64,000 bases of DNA from an uncultured Verrucomicrobiae bacterium (GCA_963735805.1 CAVTMK010000001.1:128001-192000); one strand, 5' to 3'; positions 1 to 11,900 are shown, counted from the stretch's first letter. The notes: generated by a model from the sequence alone, not told the origin. Numbers and translations: made by a program.

Positions 1-2
1 AC

Positions 3-875
3 CCCGGCTGGGTGCAGGATTCGCCGGATTTCGCTGCTCCATTCTTTCGAATTGGGCCAGCCAACTTTCCCATTGACGCTCCCCATTTGTGGTTAGCACG
101 AAAAACATGGAACGGTGTTATTGCTCCATTCTTTCAGTTCTGGCTAACGAACTTCGGCTTGTGGGTCCTGCTCGCGCTGGCACTGGTAGTATTATGTATC
201 TGGCGTGCTTGGAAATCAGGCTGGCGCTGGGGTAAGACACCTCCGGCAGACGTCGCGTTTGTGTTGCCTGCTGTTGTGATCTTCGGTCTTGGGTATTTTG
301 TTCAAACCGCGCCCTGGGATTGGGACAATCTCAAACTTATGGTTTGGGGTTACTTTCTTATTCTTCCCTTTTTGTGGAGCGATTTGCTGGCCCGTTGGGC
401 CTTTCCGGAACGAGCAGTGACCTGCATTGTGCTCTTCGCTTCGGGTTTTGTGACGTTGTTGGGCGGTTTGACCGCCGGGCATCCGGGGTTTGGACTGATT
501 GACCGCGCGAGACTCGATGCGATCGGCGCTGCTGTTCAACCTTTGCCAGTGGAGGCTCGCTTCGCGACGTGGCCGACGTACAATCATCCTCTCCTGCTTC
601 AGGGCCGCAAAGTTGTTCTGGGATATCCGGGCCATCTCTGGACCCAAGGATTCGACTACAACGATGCCAACAATAAATTGACGGCCCTGATGCGCGGAGC
701 GCCGAACTGGCGCGAAGCTGCGAAGTCGTTAGGCGTACGCTACATTTTTTGGGGTCGAGACGAGACGGCCAATTACCAGGGAAGCAGTCGCCCATGGGAA
801 ACCACGGCGCAGCGGGTGGCGTCCGGCGATTGGGGCGCGATTTACGACCTGGCGCCTGAATCGCCCACTCGCTAG
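3..875 (+). CDS. Polytopic membrane protein, possibly GT-C-type glycosyltransferase; 5' end lies outside the window
   Basis: Open frame from the window edge; several hydrophobic helices, then a soluble tail (LGYPGHLWTQG, LGVRYIFWG). Confidence 0.6.
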   Translation, partial: PGWVQDSPDFAAPFFRIGPANFPIDAPHLWLARKTWNGVIAPFFQFWLTNFGLWVLLALALVVLCIWRAWKSGWRWGKTPPADVAFVLPAVVIFGLGYFVQTAPWDWDNLKLMVWGYFLILPFLWSDLLARWAFPERAVTCIVLFASGFVTLLGGLTAGHPGFGLIDRARLDAIGAAVQPLPVEARFATWPTYNHPLLLQGRKVVLGYPGHLWTQGFDYNDANNKLTALMRGAPNWREAAKSLGVRYIFWGRDETANYQGSSRPWETTAQRVASGDWGAIYDLAPESPTR

Positions 876-904
876 GGTGCGATCGGGGTCTCGCTGATCG
901 AAGA

Positions 905-1651
905 TTATTTCTTGGAGGCGGCGACCTTCCTGCGAACTCGCAGTGGATGCGCCAGGAAAACGAAATAAATCGCGCTCACAAGATCAGAAAAACTGGATGC
1001 GGGGCTCGTCAGACGAAGTGGGCCACTCCGCAAAGCCGCAAAGAGGTTTTCGACAGTCAGCGCGGACGGAATTGGGATACTGGTATAATGGCGTCCAAAA
1101 GCATGGAGTCGATGCGCGTCGGACGTCGCGATTAAGGGTTTGCCATAGCGTGAGGCCACTCTCTTTGCGCGGCGGTTCGGATTGAACAAGCCCACGTGAA
1201 AATGACAAAACTCGATGGCGTCAAAACAATCTATTTCTCGAAGCAATCGCGATCCAATCGAGCCGCCGAACAAGTAAAAAGGATGCGGCGCAATTGTAAA
1301 AATGGAACTGCCGCGGCGCGCTCGCAGGTGACGCAGATCATCAAAGCTTTTCAGTTGCGCCATTTCTTCGGTGCTCACATTTAACACGATGACATCTGCG
1401 CCCTGCAGGCGCATCTCCGCTGCTGGGATAAGCAAAATCCCCATGGCCGCCGCATCAGCGAATACCTCCGATCGATCAAAAACTGCATCGTGCAGAGTGA
1501 TCGCCAGTACGCGAAATCCAAGCGCGCGGGCACGCTCGAGTAATTGATGCGCGGAATAATCGACCGCGTCTTTTGGATCATCGAGCGTATGAATGTGTAA
1601 GTCGATTTTGATCCATTCCTGATCTCCGTTCGGACTCTTGCTTTTGTTCAT
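905..1651 (-). CDS. PHP-domain metal-dependent phosphoesterase
   Basis: DLHIHT, LAITLHD, APHP and TSDAH motifs. Confidence 0.85.
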   Translation of the reverse strand: MNKSKSPNGDQEWIKIDLHIHTLDDPKDAVDYSAHQLLERARALGFRVLAITLHDAVFDRSEVFADAAAMGILLIPAAEMRLQGADVIVLNVSTEEMAQLKSFDDLRHLRARRGSSIFTIAPHPFYLFGGSIGSRLLREIDCFDAIEFCHFHVGLFNPNRRAKRVASRYGKPLIATSDAHRLHAFGRHYTSIPIPSALTVENLFAALRSGPLRLTSPASSFSDLVSAIYFVFLAHPLRVRRKVAASKK

Positions 1652-1739
1652 GCTTTACCCAGCCGGGGAAATTAGTCGCAGAAAGGAGACTTGCCAGCAG
1701 CTGTGGACTGCGGAAGGTTTTGGCGCTCTCGCGAGCAAG

Positions 1740-1823
1740 GCTCGGGTGGTGGAATGGCAGACACGTACGTTTGAGGGGCGTATGCCGAAAGGCATGCGGG
1801 TTCAAGTCCCGCCCCGAGCACCA
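1740..1823 (+). tRNA. tRNA-Leu(GAG)
   Basis: Acceptor stem GCTCGGG/CCCGAGC, anticodon arm TACGT-TTGAGGG-GCGTA, long variable arm, GGTTCAAGTCC, encoded CCA. Confidence 0.97.
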
Positions 1824-1833
1824 AATCGCGCAG

Positions 1834-2397
1834 TCAACTTGTCGGTTCGCTAGCCAATTGTTCGATTTGGCCCGTATCGCTGACAGCCTCCGCTCGCCTT
1901 TCCAAGAAGTCGCGAGCCATCGCGGCAAGAAACGCTTTGCCTGCCAGATTCCAAAGATCCACCAGGAACCACTGGATAGCGTGTTCACGATTTCCAAGGT
2001 CAGGCATCTGACTCTTAACAACCATGCCCTGAGGCGTGGACTGCAAAATAGCTGCTACTATTTTTCGAGCGAGCTGAATGCGAACGACCAGATGCAAACA
2101 CTCGCGATGTGTCAGAGCTGGCCAGGAACCGTCGCGAATAAACGCCGCCACCGCTTTTTCGACCGCTGCCTTCGCCAATCCTTGATCGACTCGAAGAGAG
2201 GCGACGTTTTTTCCGTCACGAACATGCGCGTGACCGATATGTTTAGCGATGCACAGATCAAAGTAAACGTTCTGCGCCGCTAAACGATTGTCCCACGATT
2301 GAAGCAGAGGGTCTTCAGGTGGTCGTTGAGGCACATGAGCGCGTGGCTCTATCGCGCTAACTGATTGATACCACTGCCACTCTTCAAGCGTGTGCAT
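1834..2397 (-). CDS. Hypothetical protein
   Basis: 187-aa ORF filling the gap after the tRNA; no recognised motif. Confidence 0.5.
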   Translation of the reverse strand: MHTLEEWQWYQSVSAIEPRAHVPQRPPEDPLLQSWDNRLAAQNVYFDLCIAKHIGHAHVRDGKNVASLRVDQGLAKAAVEKAVAAFIRDGSWPALTHRECLHLVVRIQLARKIVAAILQSTPQGMVVKSQMPDLGNREHAIQWFLVDLWNLAGKAFLAAMARDFLERRAEAVSDTGQIEQLASEPTS

Positions 2398-2695
2398 TTG
2401 AAGTTAATGTCGAGATGTCTATCGAAGCCCTGACAAAGCCCGAAATCATGGGAATTGCGCTTTTATCAAGAGCAGCGGCCCAATGCGAGCAAAAAATTAA
2501 CCCCTCCGTGAACCAGACTGTAAGGAGGAATCAGCATCTCCAAAGACGATGAGTTAGTGGCGAGACCGTACCATTTTGCTAACGCGTTGAGGAGAGCGCC
2601 TTCCACCAGGTTCTGTTAGGCGTTGGGAGCACCACGTTCCAGGTGGCAATTAGAACTTTGCGCTCTGTTACCGTTCCGATAACCTCCGCTCCAAT

Positions 2696-3712
2696 ATGGA
2701 ATCGCTTTATCTTGTCGGCATCGCTGTGCTGGCGCTGTTCGCGTTGGTGCTCGCCGTTGTTCTTTTCAACTTTTTCGGGCTCTGGCTGAGGGCGCGGATC
2801 GCGAATGCGCCGGTGAGTCTGGGTAAGATGGTCGGGATGCGACTGCGCAAAGTGCCAGTCGGTTTGATCGTGGACAATCGCATTACCGCAGTGAAAGCCG
2901 GTCTGGATGTCCGCAGCGATCCCCTGGAAGCCCACTACCTTGCGGGCGGTGACGTGAGCCATGTGGTTCTTGCTTTGATTGCGGCTGACAAGGCAGGAAT
3001 CACACTCGATTTCAACCGCGCCTGTGCCATCGACCTTGCCACGAAGGGGACAGGCAAGACAGTCCTGGAAGCGGTGCGCACCAGTATCAATCCCAAAGTG
3101 ATCGACGCGCCCAATCCAACAGCGGGCCGCGCGACGATCGACGGCGTCGCACAGGACGGCATCGGTGTGAAAGTAAAAGCGCGTGTTACGGTGCGCTCGC
3201 ATCTCGATCGGTTCGTCGGTGGCGCGACCGAGGAAACTATCATCGCCCGCGTGGGAGAAGGCATTGTGAGCGCGATCGGTTCCGCGCATTCCTACAAGGA
3301 GGTGCTGGAGAATCCCGATCGCATTTCAAAGACCGTGTTGGCCAAAGGCCTCGATAGCAACACCGCGTTCGAAATTCTCTCGATCGATATCGCCGACGTA
3401 GATGTTGGGGACAATATCGGCGCGAAATTGCAGACCGAACAGGCCGAGGCCGATAAACGTGTTGCGCAGGCAAAAGCCGAGGTGCGTCGCGCAGCTGCTG
3501 TTGCAGTTGAACAGGAGATGCGAGCCAAGACCCAGGAAATGCGCGCCAAAGTCGTGGAAGCGGAAGCGCTTGTTCCGCAGGCGATGGCAGACGCATTTCG
3601 CTCCGGAAATCTTGGTGTGATGGATTACGTTCGGATGAAAAACGTGCAGGCGGATACGTCGATGCGCGAATCAATTGCCGGCGGTGACAAGACGCGGACT
3701 GAAGGCACGTGA
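2696..3712 (+). CDS. floA: Flotillin-like protein FloA (YqfA/UPF0365)
   Basis: [52 protein letters not shown]. Confidence 0.93.
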   Translation: MESLYLVGIAVLALFALVLAVVLFNFFGLWLRARIANAPVSLGKMVGMRLRKVPVGLIVDNRITAVKAGLDVRSDPLEAHYLAGGDVSHVVLALIAADKAGITLDFNRACAIDLATKGTGKTVLEAVRTSINPKVIDAPNPTAGRATIDGVAQDGIGVKVKARVTVRSHLDRFVGGATEETIIARVGEGIVSAIGSAHSYKEVLENPDRISKTVLAKGLDSNTAFEILSIDIADVDVGDNIGAKLQTEQAEADKRVAQAKAEVRRAAAVAVEQEMRAKTQEMRAKVVEAEALVPQAMADAFRSGNLGVMDYVRMKNVQADTSMRESIAGGDKTRTEGT

Positions 3713-3777
3713 TCAGTCGATGAGTAAACGGATTCAAAAAGTGGGCGGCGTCCGGATTACCCTTCAATGCTTGGCCG

Positions 3778-3801
3778 TTCAACGCTTTAACGCTTTAACG
3801 C
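3778..3801. repeat. Intergenic 8-mer tandem repeat (TTYAACGC)x3
   Basis: ttcaacgc tttaacgc tttaacgc. Confidence 0.7.
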
Positions 3802-3811
3802 CACGTAACTA

Positions 3812-4435
3812 ATGATTGCCGCTATCGAAAATCTGCTTTTCCTTTTGCTTGTCGCGGTCGCCGCCTTGTTCCAGTTCCTCGCCAAGACAGCCGCGAAGGC
3901 AAACAAGGATCAGACAAAGCGAACATCGACATCGCAAACGCCTCCATCAATCCCGCGCGCGGCAAGAGAGTCAGACGAAGAAAAGATCCGTAGGTTCCTG
4001 GAGGCACTTGGTCAACCGCCGAGCTCAAAACCGCCGACACCGGTTGCGCCTCGCACCGCGATTCCGCCTCGCCCGCTCGCGCCGGTGCAGCCGCCGCTGT
4101 CCCCGCTTTCACAACTGAGGCGGGAAAAGCAGCGTAAACGCGCGGCGATTCCAAAAGAAATTCCTCCGTCACCGACTGTCATCGGCGTCGAGGAAATCGT
4201 GCCGCGAAAAATAACCGCGGCTTCTCCGTTCGAAGTTCACGAAGGATCAACACTGACTGCGTCGCCAGCGAGGATCAAAACCGCTGCAGGAGTAATGCAA
4301 ACAGGTCTTAAAACGGAGAAATTAAGAACCGACATAACCACACTGCTTGCATCGACATCAGGCTTGCGCGACGCAATTATTCTTCGCGAAATTCTCAGTC
4401 TGCCGCGTGGGTTGCGCGGAATCGATTCGTTTTAG
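3812..4435 (+). CDS. Pro-rich membrane-anchored protein (YqfB-like, floA partner)
   Basis: N-terminal TM helix; C-terminal LRDAIILREIL motif typical of genes following floA. Confidence 0.7.
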   Translation: MIAAIENLLFLLLVAVAALFQFLAKTAAKANKDQTKRTSTSQTPPSIPRAARESDEEKIRRFLEALGQPPSSKPPTPVAPRTAIPPRPLAPVQPPLSPLSQLRREKQRKRAAIPKEIPPSPTVIGVEEIVPRKITAASPFEVHEGSTLTASPARIKTAAGVMQTGLKTEKLRTDITTLLASTSGLRDAIILREILSLPRGLRGIDSF

Positions 4436-4564
4436 TGTCCGCCGTCCTCGGTGGATTACGGCTTCCCTCGTAACCGGAATGCGGTGAGAGCGGCGCGCCC
4501 TGCAGGCGCGAGGTTATTGATCCGAACAGTCATCGAGGTGTCCGGAGTGCCAGCGGAAAAGGAA

Positions 4565-4594
4565 GAGCGGCGGGAACTCCCTGGCCCGCCGCTC
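4565..4594. terminator. Probable intrinsic terminator hairpin
   Basis: Perfect 10-bp stem GAGCGGCGGG/CCCGCCGCTC; T-rich tail on the minus strand, ATTT on plus. Confidence 0.55.
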
Positions 4595-4891
4595 ATTTAG
4601 TCCAAGGCACAACCAAAAGCGCCTTCGACTTCCTATGGAGTGTGCGATGGAAATCTGGTTTGAGTGGTGAAAACACACAATCGGACTGGCGGATGATTGT
4701 CTAATCAGACAAAATCCTATCGGTACAGGTTTTGATTGCCCGAGTAAAAGTGGCCCGGACATGATGTCATCGAAATCGCCGGACACCAAGCTGCCTGACC
4801 TAATCGTCCTGAGAATTGGAAGGAGAAACTGCAGAGACTTTCGCCAGTTGAGCTTCGTAGCCGGTCTTGTAGGTTCAAGGCCCCCGAAAAC

Positions 4892-4975
4892 GCCGGCGTG
4901 GCGGAATTGGCAGACGCGCTGGACTCAAAATCCAGTGATCGCAAGGTCGTGTGGGTTCGAGCCCCTCCGCCGGCA
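4892..4975 (+). tRNA. tRNA-Leu(CAA), CCA not encoded
   Basis: Acceptor stem GCCGGCG/CGCCGGC, anticodon arm CTGGA-CTCAAAA-TCCAG, variable arm, GGTTCGAGCCC. Confidence 0.96.
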
Positions 4976-5113
4976 CATTGGCCAGACCTGTCTGTTTACG
5001 CAGCGAATTGATCAGATGTCGCACGAGCAGTCTTCGCATCGGCGCGAAGGCAAACAGCTGCAGCGGGTTCCGTTTGTGCTTGTATAGCGCGGAGAGAACC
5101 ACAATGTTCTCTC

Positions 5114-5887
5114 GTGAACGGGAAGGCCGGCGAGCAGGGTGGAAGCGAACCGCATGAGTTTGTAACTACCCGGTGGAGCCTCATTTTTTCGGCCGCAAAC
5201 TCGGGAACTGAAGAGCAAAAGGTGCGCGATGCGCTCGCCGAGCTTTGCCGAACCTATTGGCGGCCCATTTTCTCGTTTGTCCGCGCGCGCGGCCATTCAG
5301 TCGAGGACGCCCAGGATCTGACACAGGATTTTTTTCTAGTAATACTTAAGGAAAACTGGCTGCAACACGCCGATCGAAATCGTGGCAGGTTCCGTTCGCT
5401 CTTGCTCAGGTCGCTCCAAAATTTTCTCATTAACGCAGCCGAGAAAACGCATGCCTACAAACGGGGCGGTGACGTGGAATTTATTCCATGGGACGATTGG
5501 GCAGCCGAGGCTCCACCGCAATTATCCAATTCAGCTCAGATGCCGAACTCGCTGCCACCCGAGCGACTCTTTGATCTCAGCTGGGCTACCGCTGTGGTAG
5601 AACACGCACTTCAACGCCTCCGCGAAGAATGCGAAAGTAAAGGGAAGCTCTGGCTCTTCCGTGCGCTAAGCCACCATCTTACCGACGCACGCGATGAAGT
5701 CTCATACACCGATCTTTCTGCGGATCTGGGAGTCGCCGACACCGTCGTGAAAAAGCAACTGCACAAAATGCGGCAGCGTTATCGGGCTCTGTTGCGCGCT
5801 GAAGTTGCGCGCACAGTCGAGAATCCCGCCGATGTGGACAACGAAATCCGGTATCTGTGTGCGGCACTCGCCCGCGGAACCGACTAA
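5114..5887 (+). CDS. ECF sigma-70 factor, kinase-associated PVC type
   Basis: FVTTRWSLI, LCRTYWRPI, DAQDLTQDFF, RGRFRSLL, KRGG; directly upstream of a Ser/Thr kinase. Confidence 0.88.
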   Translation: MNGKAGEQGGSEPHEFVTTRWSLIFSAANSGTEEQKVRDALAELCRTYWRPIFSFVRARGHSVEDAQDLTQDFFLVILKENWLQHADRNRGRFRSLLLRSLQNFLINAAEKTHAYKRGGDVEFIPWDDWAAEAPPQLSNSAQMPNSLPPERLFDLSWATAVVEHALQRLREECESKGKLWLFRALSHHLTDARDEVSYTDLSADLGVADTVVKKQLHKMRQRYRALLRAEVARTVENPADVDNEIRYLCAALARGTD

Positions 5888-5892
5888 CTCTG

Positions 5893-8826
5893 ATGAACAC
5901 TTCGAACGAGCGCTCCGATTCACTTCCGACTGCGACCAAAGGCGGTGCAAAATGCGAAAAGTGCGGCGTGGCTACGCGACTCGATACTGGAGTTTGTGTC
6001 AGCTGCCTGTTGCTCGAGGGACTGGAAACTGATGCCGAGGTTTCGGGCGCCGCTTATGAAAACGTGCTCGCTGAAGTGGATGCGCCAGGTAAGCAGTGGC
6101 GACTGGGCAATTACGAGATCCTCGACGAGATCGGGCGCGGCGGCATGGGCGTGATTTATCGCGCAAGGCAACGGCACTCCCGAAGGATCGTCGCCGTAAA
6201 ACGCGTGCTGAGTTATCAGGCTGATTCACATGAAACGCTCGTTCGCTTCCGGCGCGAAGCCGAGGCTGCGGCCAGCCTCGATCATCCGAATATCCTTCCT
6301 ATATACGAGGTGAGCGAAAGTGAGGACGGTCTTCCGTTCTTCAGCATGAAATTTGCAACAGGTGGGAGCTTGCAAAAATCGGCGGCGTCCCTGCGTCATG
6401 ATTCCCGAAAATGCGTGCAACTCATGGCAAAAGTCGCGCGCGCCGTGGAGTACGCGCACGGCCGTGGGGTTCTCCACCGCGATCTCAAACCGGGAAACAT
6501 TTTGCTCGACGATCGAGATGAACCTCTGGTGAGCGATTTCGGTCTGGCAAAATGGCTGGATGCGAACAAGGAGATTACAAACTCACTGACGGCCATCGGC
6601 ACTGCGGGTTACATTGCGCCCGAACAGGTCGAAGGCACAGCCGGCGACCTAACTCCGGCCGCCGATGTTTATAGTCTTGGTGCGATTCTTTTCGGCTTGC
6701 TCACCGGGCGTCCACCATTTTTGGGCGACAATTCCCTTTCCGTTATTCGACAGGCGTCGGAAACGCCGGCGCCGAAACTGCGCGCGCTCGCGTCATCGCT
6801 CGATCGCGATTTAGAAACTATTTGTGCACGTTGTCTCGAACGTGAACCTAAGGCGCGCTACGAGTCTGCGGGAGATCTGGCGGCCGATCTGGAACGCTGG
6901 CTTGAGGGACGGCCGATTATTGCCCGCCCGGTTTCGCCTCTAGCGCGAGCGTGGCGATGGTCGCGGCGTAACCCAAAGTTGGTGGCAACAGGCATTACAG
7001 GTCTGCTTCTCGGCGCGGGCGCGATTTGGTTATTCCATGGCAAATTGTTCCAACAGCCACTCTTTAATCCCCCGGAAAAGAGTATAGCTGTTTTGCCGTT
7101 CCTCGATCTCAGCCAGGCGAAGGATCAGGAATATTTCTGCGACGGCATGAGCGAGGAAATTCTCCACGCACTCGCAAAGATCGACGGACTGCGAGTCGTC
7201 GGCCGTACCTCGTCATTCTCATTCAAAGGAAAAAACGTGAACGTGGGCGAGGTTGGGAAAAAGTTAAACGTCCAAAATGTGCTTGAAGGAAGTTTACAGC
7301 GCGAGGGCAACCGCGTTCGTATTAACGCCCAGTTGATCGACACCCGTAGCGGTTTTCACGTTTGGACGGAAACCTACGATCGCGATCTGGCGAATGTCTT
7401 TGCGCTCCAGGACGACATAACTCGTTCAATTGTTGAAGCCCTTAAGATCAAACTCGCTGTTCCTATTCCCACCCATGAACAACGCAACAGAAAGGCATAC
7501 GATCTCTATCTGCAGGGCCTTTACTTCTCAAACAAGGGTAGCGAGGAAGATTTGCGCCGGGCGCTCAATTTTTTTCAAGGTGCGGTTGAGATAGATCCGA
7601 CATTTTCACGCGCCTGGACGGGGATTGCGAAGGTCTGGTATTTTCTGGCCGACGTTTACGTGAAGCCACTCGACGCTTACCCGGCATCAAAGGAAGCGGC
7701 TTTGAAGGCAATCTCGCTCGACGAGAAAGATGCCCAAGCGCATTGCTATCTTAGCGAAGCGAAACGCGTCCTCGACTGGGACCTTGCCGGTGCGGATGCA
7801 GAATTGAAACGCGCGCTGGAACTCGATCCGAACTCGGCACCGGCTCACCTTTTCTCAGGGCTGCATCCACTTTTTCGCGGAGAACTGAAACACGGTCTTC
7901 AACTTGTCCTGGAGGCAGAAAAGTTAGACCCGGTCTCACCTATCATTAGCTACGCAGCAACCGCTGCCTACCTGGCCAACGACCGCATCGATGATGCAGT
8001 GAGCGAAGGTCAGCGCACGCTTCAGCTCGACCCGAATTACTTTTACCTGGACTCAGTTCTGGCCGCTGCGTATCGCGAAAAAGGCAATTTTCCTGAAGCA
8101 ATCGCTCTCTATGCCAAGGCTCAGGAAGCCACGCATCTGCCGAGTAGCGGTCTTGCAATCACTTATGCGCGCATGGGCCGTCAAACCGAGGCCCAAAATA
8201 TTCTTACTCAGCTTTTACAGGTGAGGGAAAAACGATATGTCTCAGCGCCTTTAATCGCGGCAGTCTGTGTCGCTCTCGGCGATAAAGAAGGAGCTTTTCG
8301 CGAACTCGAGCGCGCATATGCCGAACACTCCGGAGTGTTACAGTGGATCGCGTTTCTTCCGGAATTTCGCGCGCTCCATTCCGACGCGCGTTTTCCTAAT
8401 CTTTTACATCGAACCGGTACTTCGCAGAACGCGATCCTGGCAATCAGTGAGACAACTCTCACGGAGATTAGAGATCCAGGCGCTCAGAAATATCTGTCGC
8501 TCAAGGTTGGAGTAAGGCCACGGCCAGGCACGCCAAACGGCCACGTCGTACGGATTGTCGTCTCCTTCTACGACCTTACCAAAGATAACAAAATGAAGCC
8601 AACTGACGCCCGGGTCGGTTACGACTGGCTTACGCCCGCGAATGATTGGTCAGACGCAACCGCAAAATTCCTTGTTGCGACGTACGTGCGCCCGAAGACG
8701 CAAAAGTCTTCAATGGAAGAAAGGCGCTACGGCGGGTTTGCTATTCGAGTCTATTTCGATGGCCAGTTACAAGATGCGCGGGCTAACCCGGCAGACCTTT
8801 TAACCCTTTTCCCGGCTGAGAATTAG
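5893..8826 (+). CDS. Hanks-type Ser/Thr kinase with TM, TolB-like domain, TPR repeats and an extra C-terminal domain
   Basis: IGRGGMGVIY, VAVK, HRDLKPGN, DFGLAK, GTAGYIAPE; EKSIAVLPF; TPR-like helices. Confidence 0.93.
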   Translation: MNTSNERSDSLPTATKGGAKCEKCGVATRLDTGVCVSCLLLEGLETDAEVSGAAYENVLAEVDAPGKQWRLGNYEILDEIGRGGMGVIYRARQRHSRRIVAVKRVLSYQADSHETLVRFRREAEAAASLDHPNILPIYEVSESEDGLPFFSMKFATGGSLQKSAASLRHDSRKCVQLMAKVARAVEYAHGRGVLHRDLKPGNILLDDRDEPLVSDFGLAKWLDANKEITNSLTAIGTAGYIAPEQVEGTAGDLTPAADVYSLGAILFGLLTGRPPFLGDNSLSVIRQASETPAPKLRALASSLDRDLETICARCLEREPKARYESAGDLAADLERWLEGRPIIARPVSPLARAWRWSRRNPKLVATGITGLLLGAGAIWLFHGKLFQQPLFNPPEKSIAVLPFLDLSQAKDQEYFCDGMSEEILHALAKIDGLRVVGRTSSFSFKGKNVNVGEVGKKLNVQNVLEGSLQREGNRVRINAQLIDTRSGFHVWTETYDRDLANVFALQDDITRSIVEALKIKLAVPIPTHEQRNRKAYDLYLQGLYFSNKGSEEDLRRALNFFQGAVEIDPTFSRAWTGIAKVWYFLADVYVKPLDAYPASKEAALKAISLDEKDAQAHCYLSEAKRVLDWDLAGADAELKRALELDPNSAPAHLFSGLHPLFRGELKHGLQLVLEAEKLDPVSPIISYAATAAYLANDRIDDAVSEGQRTLQLDPNYFYLDSVLAAAYREKGNFPEAIALYAKAQEATHLPSSGLAITYARMGRQTEAQNILTQLLQVREKRYVSAPLIAAVCVALGDKEGAFRELERAYAEHSGVLQWIAFLPEFRALHSDARFPNLLHRTGTSQNAILAISETTLTEIRDPGAQKYLSLKVGVRPRPGTPNGHVVRIVVSFYDLTKDNKMKPTDARVGYDWLTPANDWSDATAKFLVATYVRPKTQKSSMEERRYGGFAIRVYFDGQLQDARANPADLLTLFPAEN

Positions 8827-8934
8827 TCCTCCTCCTGCAAGCCCAACTCAAGGCTTCTAATTATAGTCACAACACACGGCGAGCTTGTTTGCCAATGGAA
8901 AGATTATTACACCTATTGGCGGAGATTCCCCGAG

Positions 8935-11900
8935 ATGCCCTGTAGCAAACGCGCCCACCCTGGTATCTATCTTGTGATCGTTGTGGGAGCTTTTGCCTGC
9001 GCCGTTCGGGCGCCAGGCCAAGGTGTTACGCCCACTCCTCCGACAACTAATCAATCTACTGTTACAACCGTAGAGGTCATTGTAACTGGCTCAAACATTC
9101 CTACTGCCGAAGAGGTCGGCCCGAATCCGGTGGACACTTACCGGCCACAAGACCTTGAAAAACTCGGTATCCGCAACGCGACAGATCTGCAGGAATTCAT
9201 TCCGCAGGAGGCCGGAGGGACAGTCAACCTGAACATCGGCAACGGCGGTGATGGGACCGTCCAATTCAATCTGCACGGCCTCTTGCCAAAGGAGACTTTG
9301 GTGCTGATTGATGGCAAGCGCGTCGCCTACGGATCGCTCGGCGTGGCTGGCTTTAGCGGAGGCGTAGATATTAACCTCATCCCCTTCCCGATGATCGATC
9401 ACGTGGACCTCCTCAAGGACGGCGCCTCTGCGGTGTATGGCTCGGATGCGATCTCAGGCGTGGTCAACTTCTTCCTGATTCACAAATTCCGTGGTGTGGA
9501 GATCGGAGGTACCTACGGGAACACAAACATGGGAGCATCCAACGAGATGGGTGAATGGGAGGCATGGTTGAAAGCCGGCACCGGCGATGACAAGACCGAT
9601 ATTGTAGTGGTTGCCGACTTCTTCGAGCGCACCGGTGGCGTGTTCAGCCGTGACCGGGACATTTCCAGTAACGCATTTCAAATACCCTGGGGTGGGTTCG
9701 ATGCTCGCAGCGGCAATGAACCCGGCCGCGTCATAGACCGCCGCTTGGTTCCCAGGCTATTTTTTGGGCAAAGCCCCAACGGTCTTCCGCAGATCGGCGT
9801 GAATACGCCGTTGCCACATTCAGCTCCCAACGCTGCGACTTCTCCATTTTATGCTAACCCGTTTGCGGTTAACCCAAATGCGTATCCGGGCGCACCAGGT
9901 ATTCACAATCCAAGAATGACCCTTGACCAGACCAGCACGAAATACAGGGGCGGCGGCGACTACTTCTTCTATAACTTCGCCGCTGTTACGCCAGCGTTGG
10001 CGCCGGAAGACCGTCAAGTGTACTACGGCTCATTCATCCGCGACCTGTGTGACAAATACCTGACCGTGTTTGCCGACTTCAAATATGCGCGCTCGTTTTT
10101 TGATTCGTCGCTGGCGGCCGTGCCGCTTACACCAGATCCATTCCACACGCCTGGGACTAACACCTTCTTCAGTCCCACAGGCATTAGTGTACCAATCTCG
10201 AATCCATTTAACCCTTTCACGGTCGGTGACACAACTCTGGTTGTTAACGGCGTACCAGTTCCAATGACTACCGGGGTCCGGTTTCGTAGCACCAATGATA
10301 CCGGCACCAGAGGCGAAAAATTCACTTATTGGGACCAACTCTTCGACATCGGACTGCGAGGTGAAATGGGAGAATTTGGGGATTACTTCAGGACTTGGAA
10401 CTGCGAAATGGGTTTCCGTTACTCTCGGAACGAGGGACAAGATCTCTCCCTTGGCGAAGTGAGCCAACCCGGGTTGCGCGACGCCCTGTTGGATGCGGAT
10501 CCAGCTACAGCGTTTGATCCTTTCCTGGGAATTAATGGTCGCAACAGCAAGCGGGCTAGGCAAGCGGTTTACATTACGCTGCATAACTCCGGCGAGTATG
10601 AATTGCCTGTTGGCTATGCCACTTTTAACGGTGACCTTTTCAGTCTTCCCGCCGGTCCAGTCTCCTTCGCGATTGGTGGCGAGTACGACGCGCCCAGATT
10701 CACGCGCGATCGTGACGCGCTCAATAACACGTTCCAAACCATCGGATCGGTGGACGGACAAAGTTTCCGTGTGAACCGGGATGTTTGGGGAATTTATGAG
10801 GAAGTACGTGTGCCATTCACCAGTCCGACGTGGAACCTCCCGTTATTCTATAGCATCGAAGTGGACTTTGCTGAACGGGAGGAATGGTTCAGCAATAATA
10901 CTTCTACCGTGCTACCTTCCAAACTCTTCCCGGGTCTGCCGGCAGCGCACACGAGGTATAACTCGCAGAAGCCGAAGGTATCCTTGCGTTGGCAACCGCT
11001 TGATTCCAAGTACATGGGCGCCGTGACCCTCCGTGGCAGCTACACTGAAGGGTTCCGCGCACCGACCTTAGGAGAGCTAACGCCTGCTTCGTCGCAGGTC
11101 TTCCCAGTGGTAACCGATCCATTTTCTCCACAGACCAAGCCCCAGATTGAGGAACGCACTATCGGAAATCCTTTGCTTCACCCGGAAGTTGCCTATGAAT
11201 GGACCTACGGAATTGTTTACAGTCCCAAGTGGATCAAGGGCCTGACGCTGAGCGCCGATTGGTGGCATATCGACTTGCGCGATATCGTGTCGACCCTCGG
11301 CGCACAGTTCCTTATCGAGAGCAATCCGCCGACCCCGGGGGTTCAGCAGAACGGGCCCTTTGTTTTCCGTGGACCTAGTGCAGTTCCCGGTGAGGCTGGA
11401 CCGGTCACACTGGTTATCGATCCAGGCAAGAATCTTTCCGGCGCAATCTTCGAAGGTCTCGACTACGAAGCGACTCATATTCTGGACTCTGCGATTTTTG
11501 GCCACGGGGATTATGGCCGGTTGACGACCATGATCAATGGCACCTGGCTGTCCCGTGCCTCGTTTCAACCTACCGCCACTACGAAGCGGTTTGGCATCGC
11601 AGGCTCATTCCTACCGCCGGGATTGGCCTTAACCAGTTCGCTCCCGTGGAATCGGGCTAACTTCAGTATCTTCTACGACGGCTCAGCTGACACGTGGATG
11701 CAGGGCTTGGACGTGGGCGCGATCGTTCACTGGACTAGTCAGTACCAGGACGACAACGTCAGCCTGACCGGATCGACGAAGCTAAATGAGCCCAGGAGTG
11801 GTGGATTTCCTGACTTTGGCGAAATTCGCGCGCGCAAAGTGTCTGCGTGGACCACACTCGATCTGATCCTGAACTACACATTTAACCTCTCACCGCCTGC

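Noticed and set aside
1578..2283. ORFs overlapping tRNA-Leu(GAG), and similar ones at 4717-5157
   Set aside because: Spurious frames across tRNA genes
2577..2620. TGCTAAC...GTTAGGC resembling an attC
   Set aside because: Too short, no L boxes, isolated
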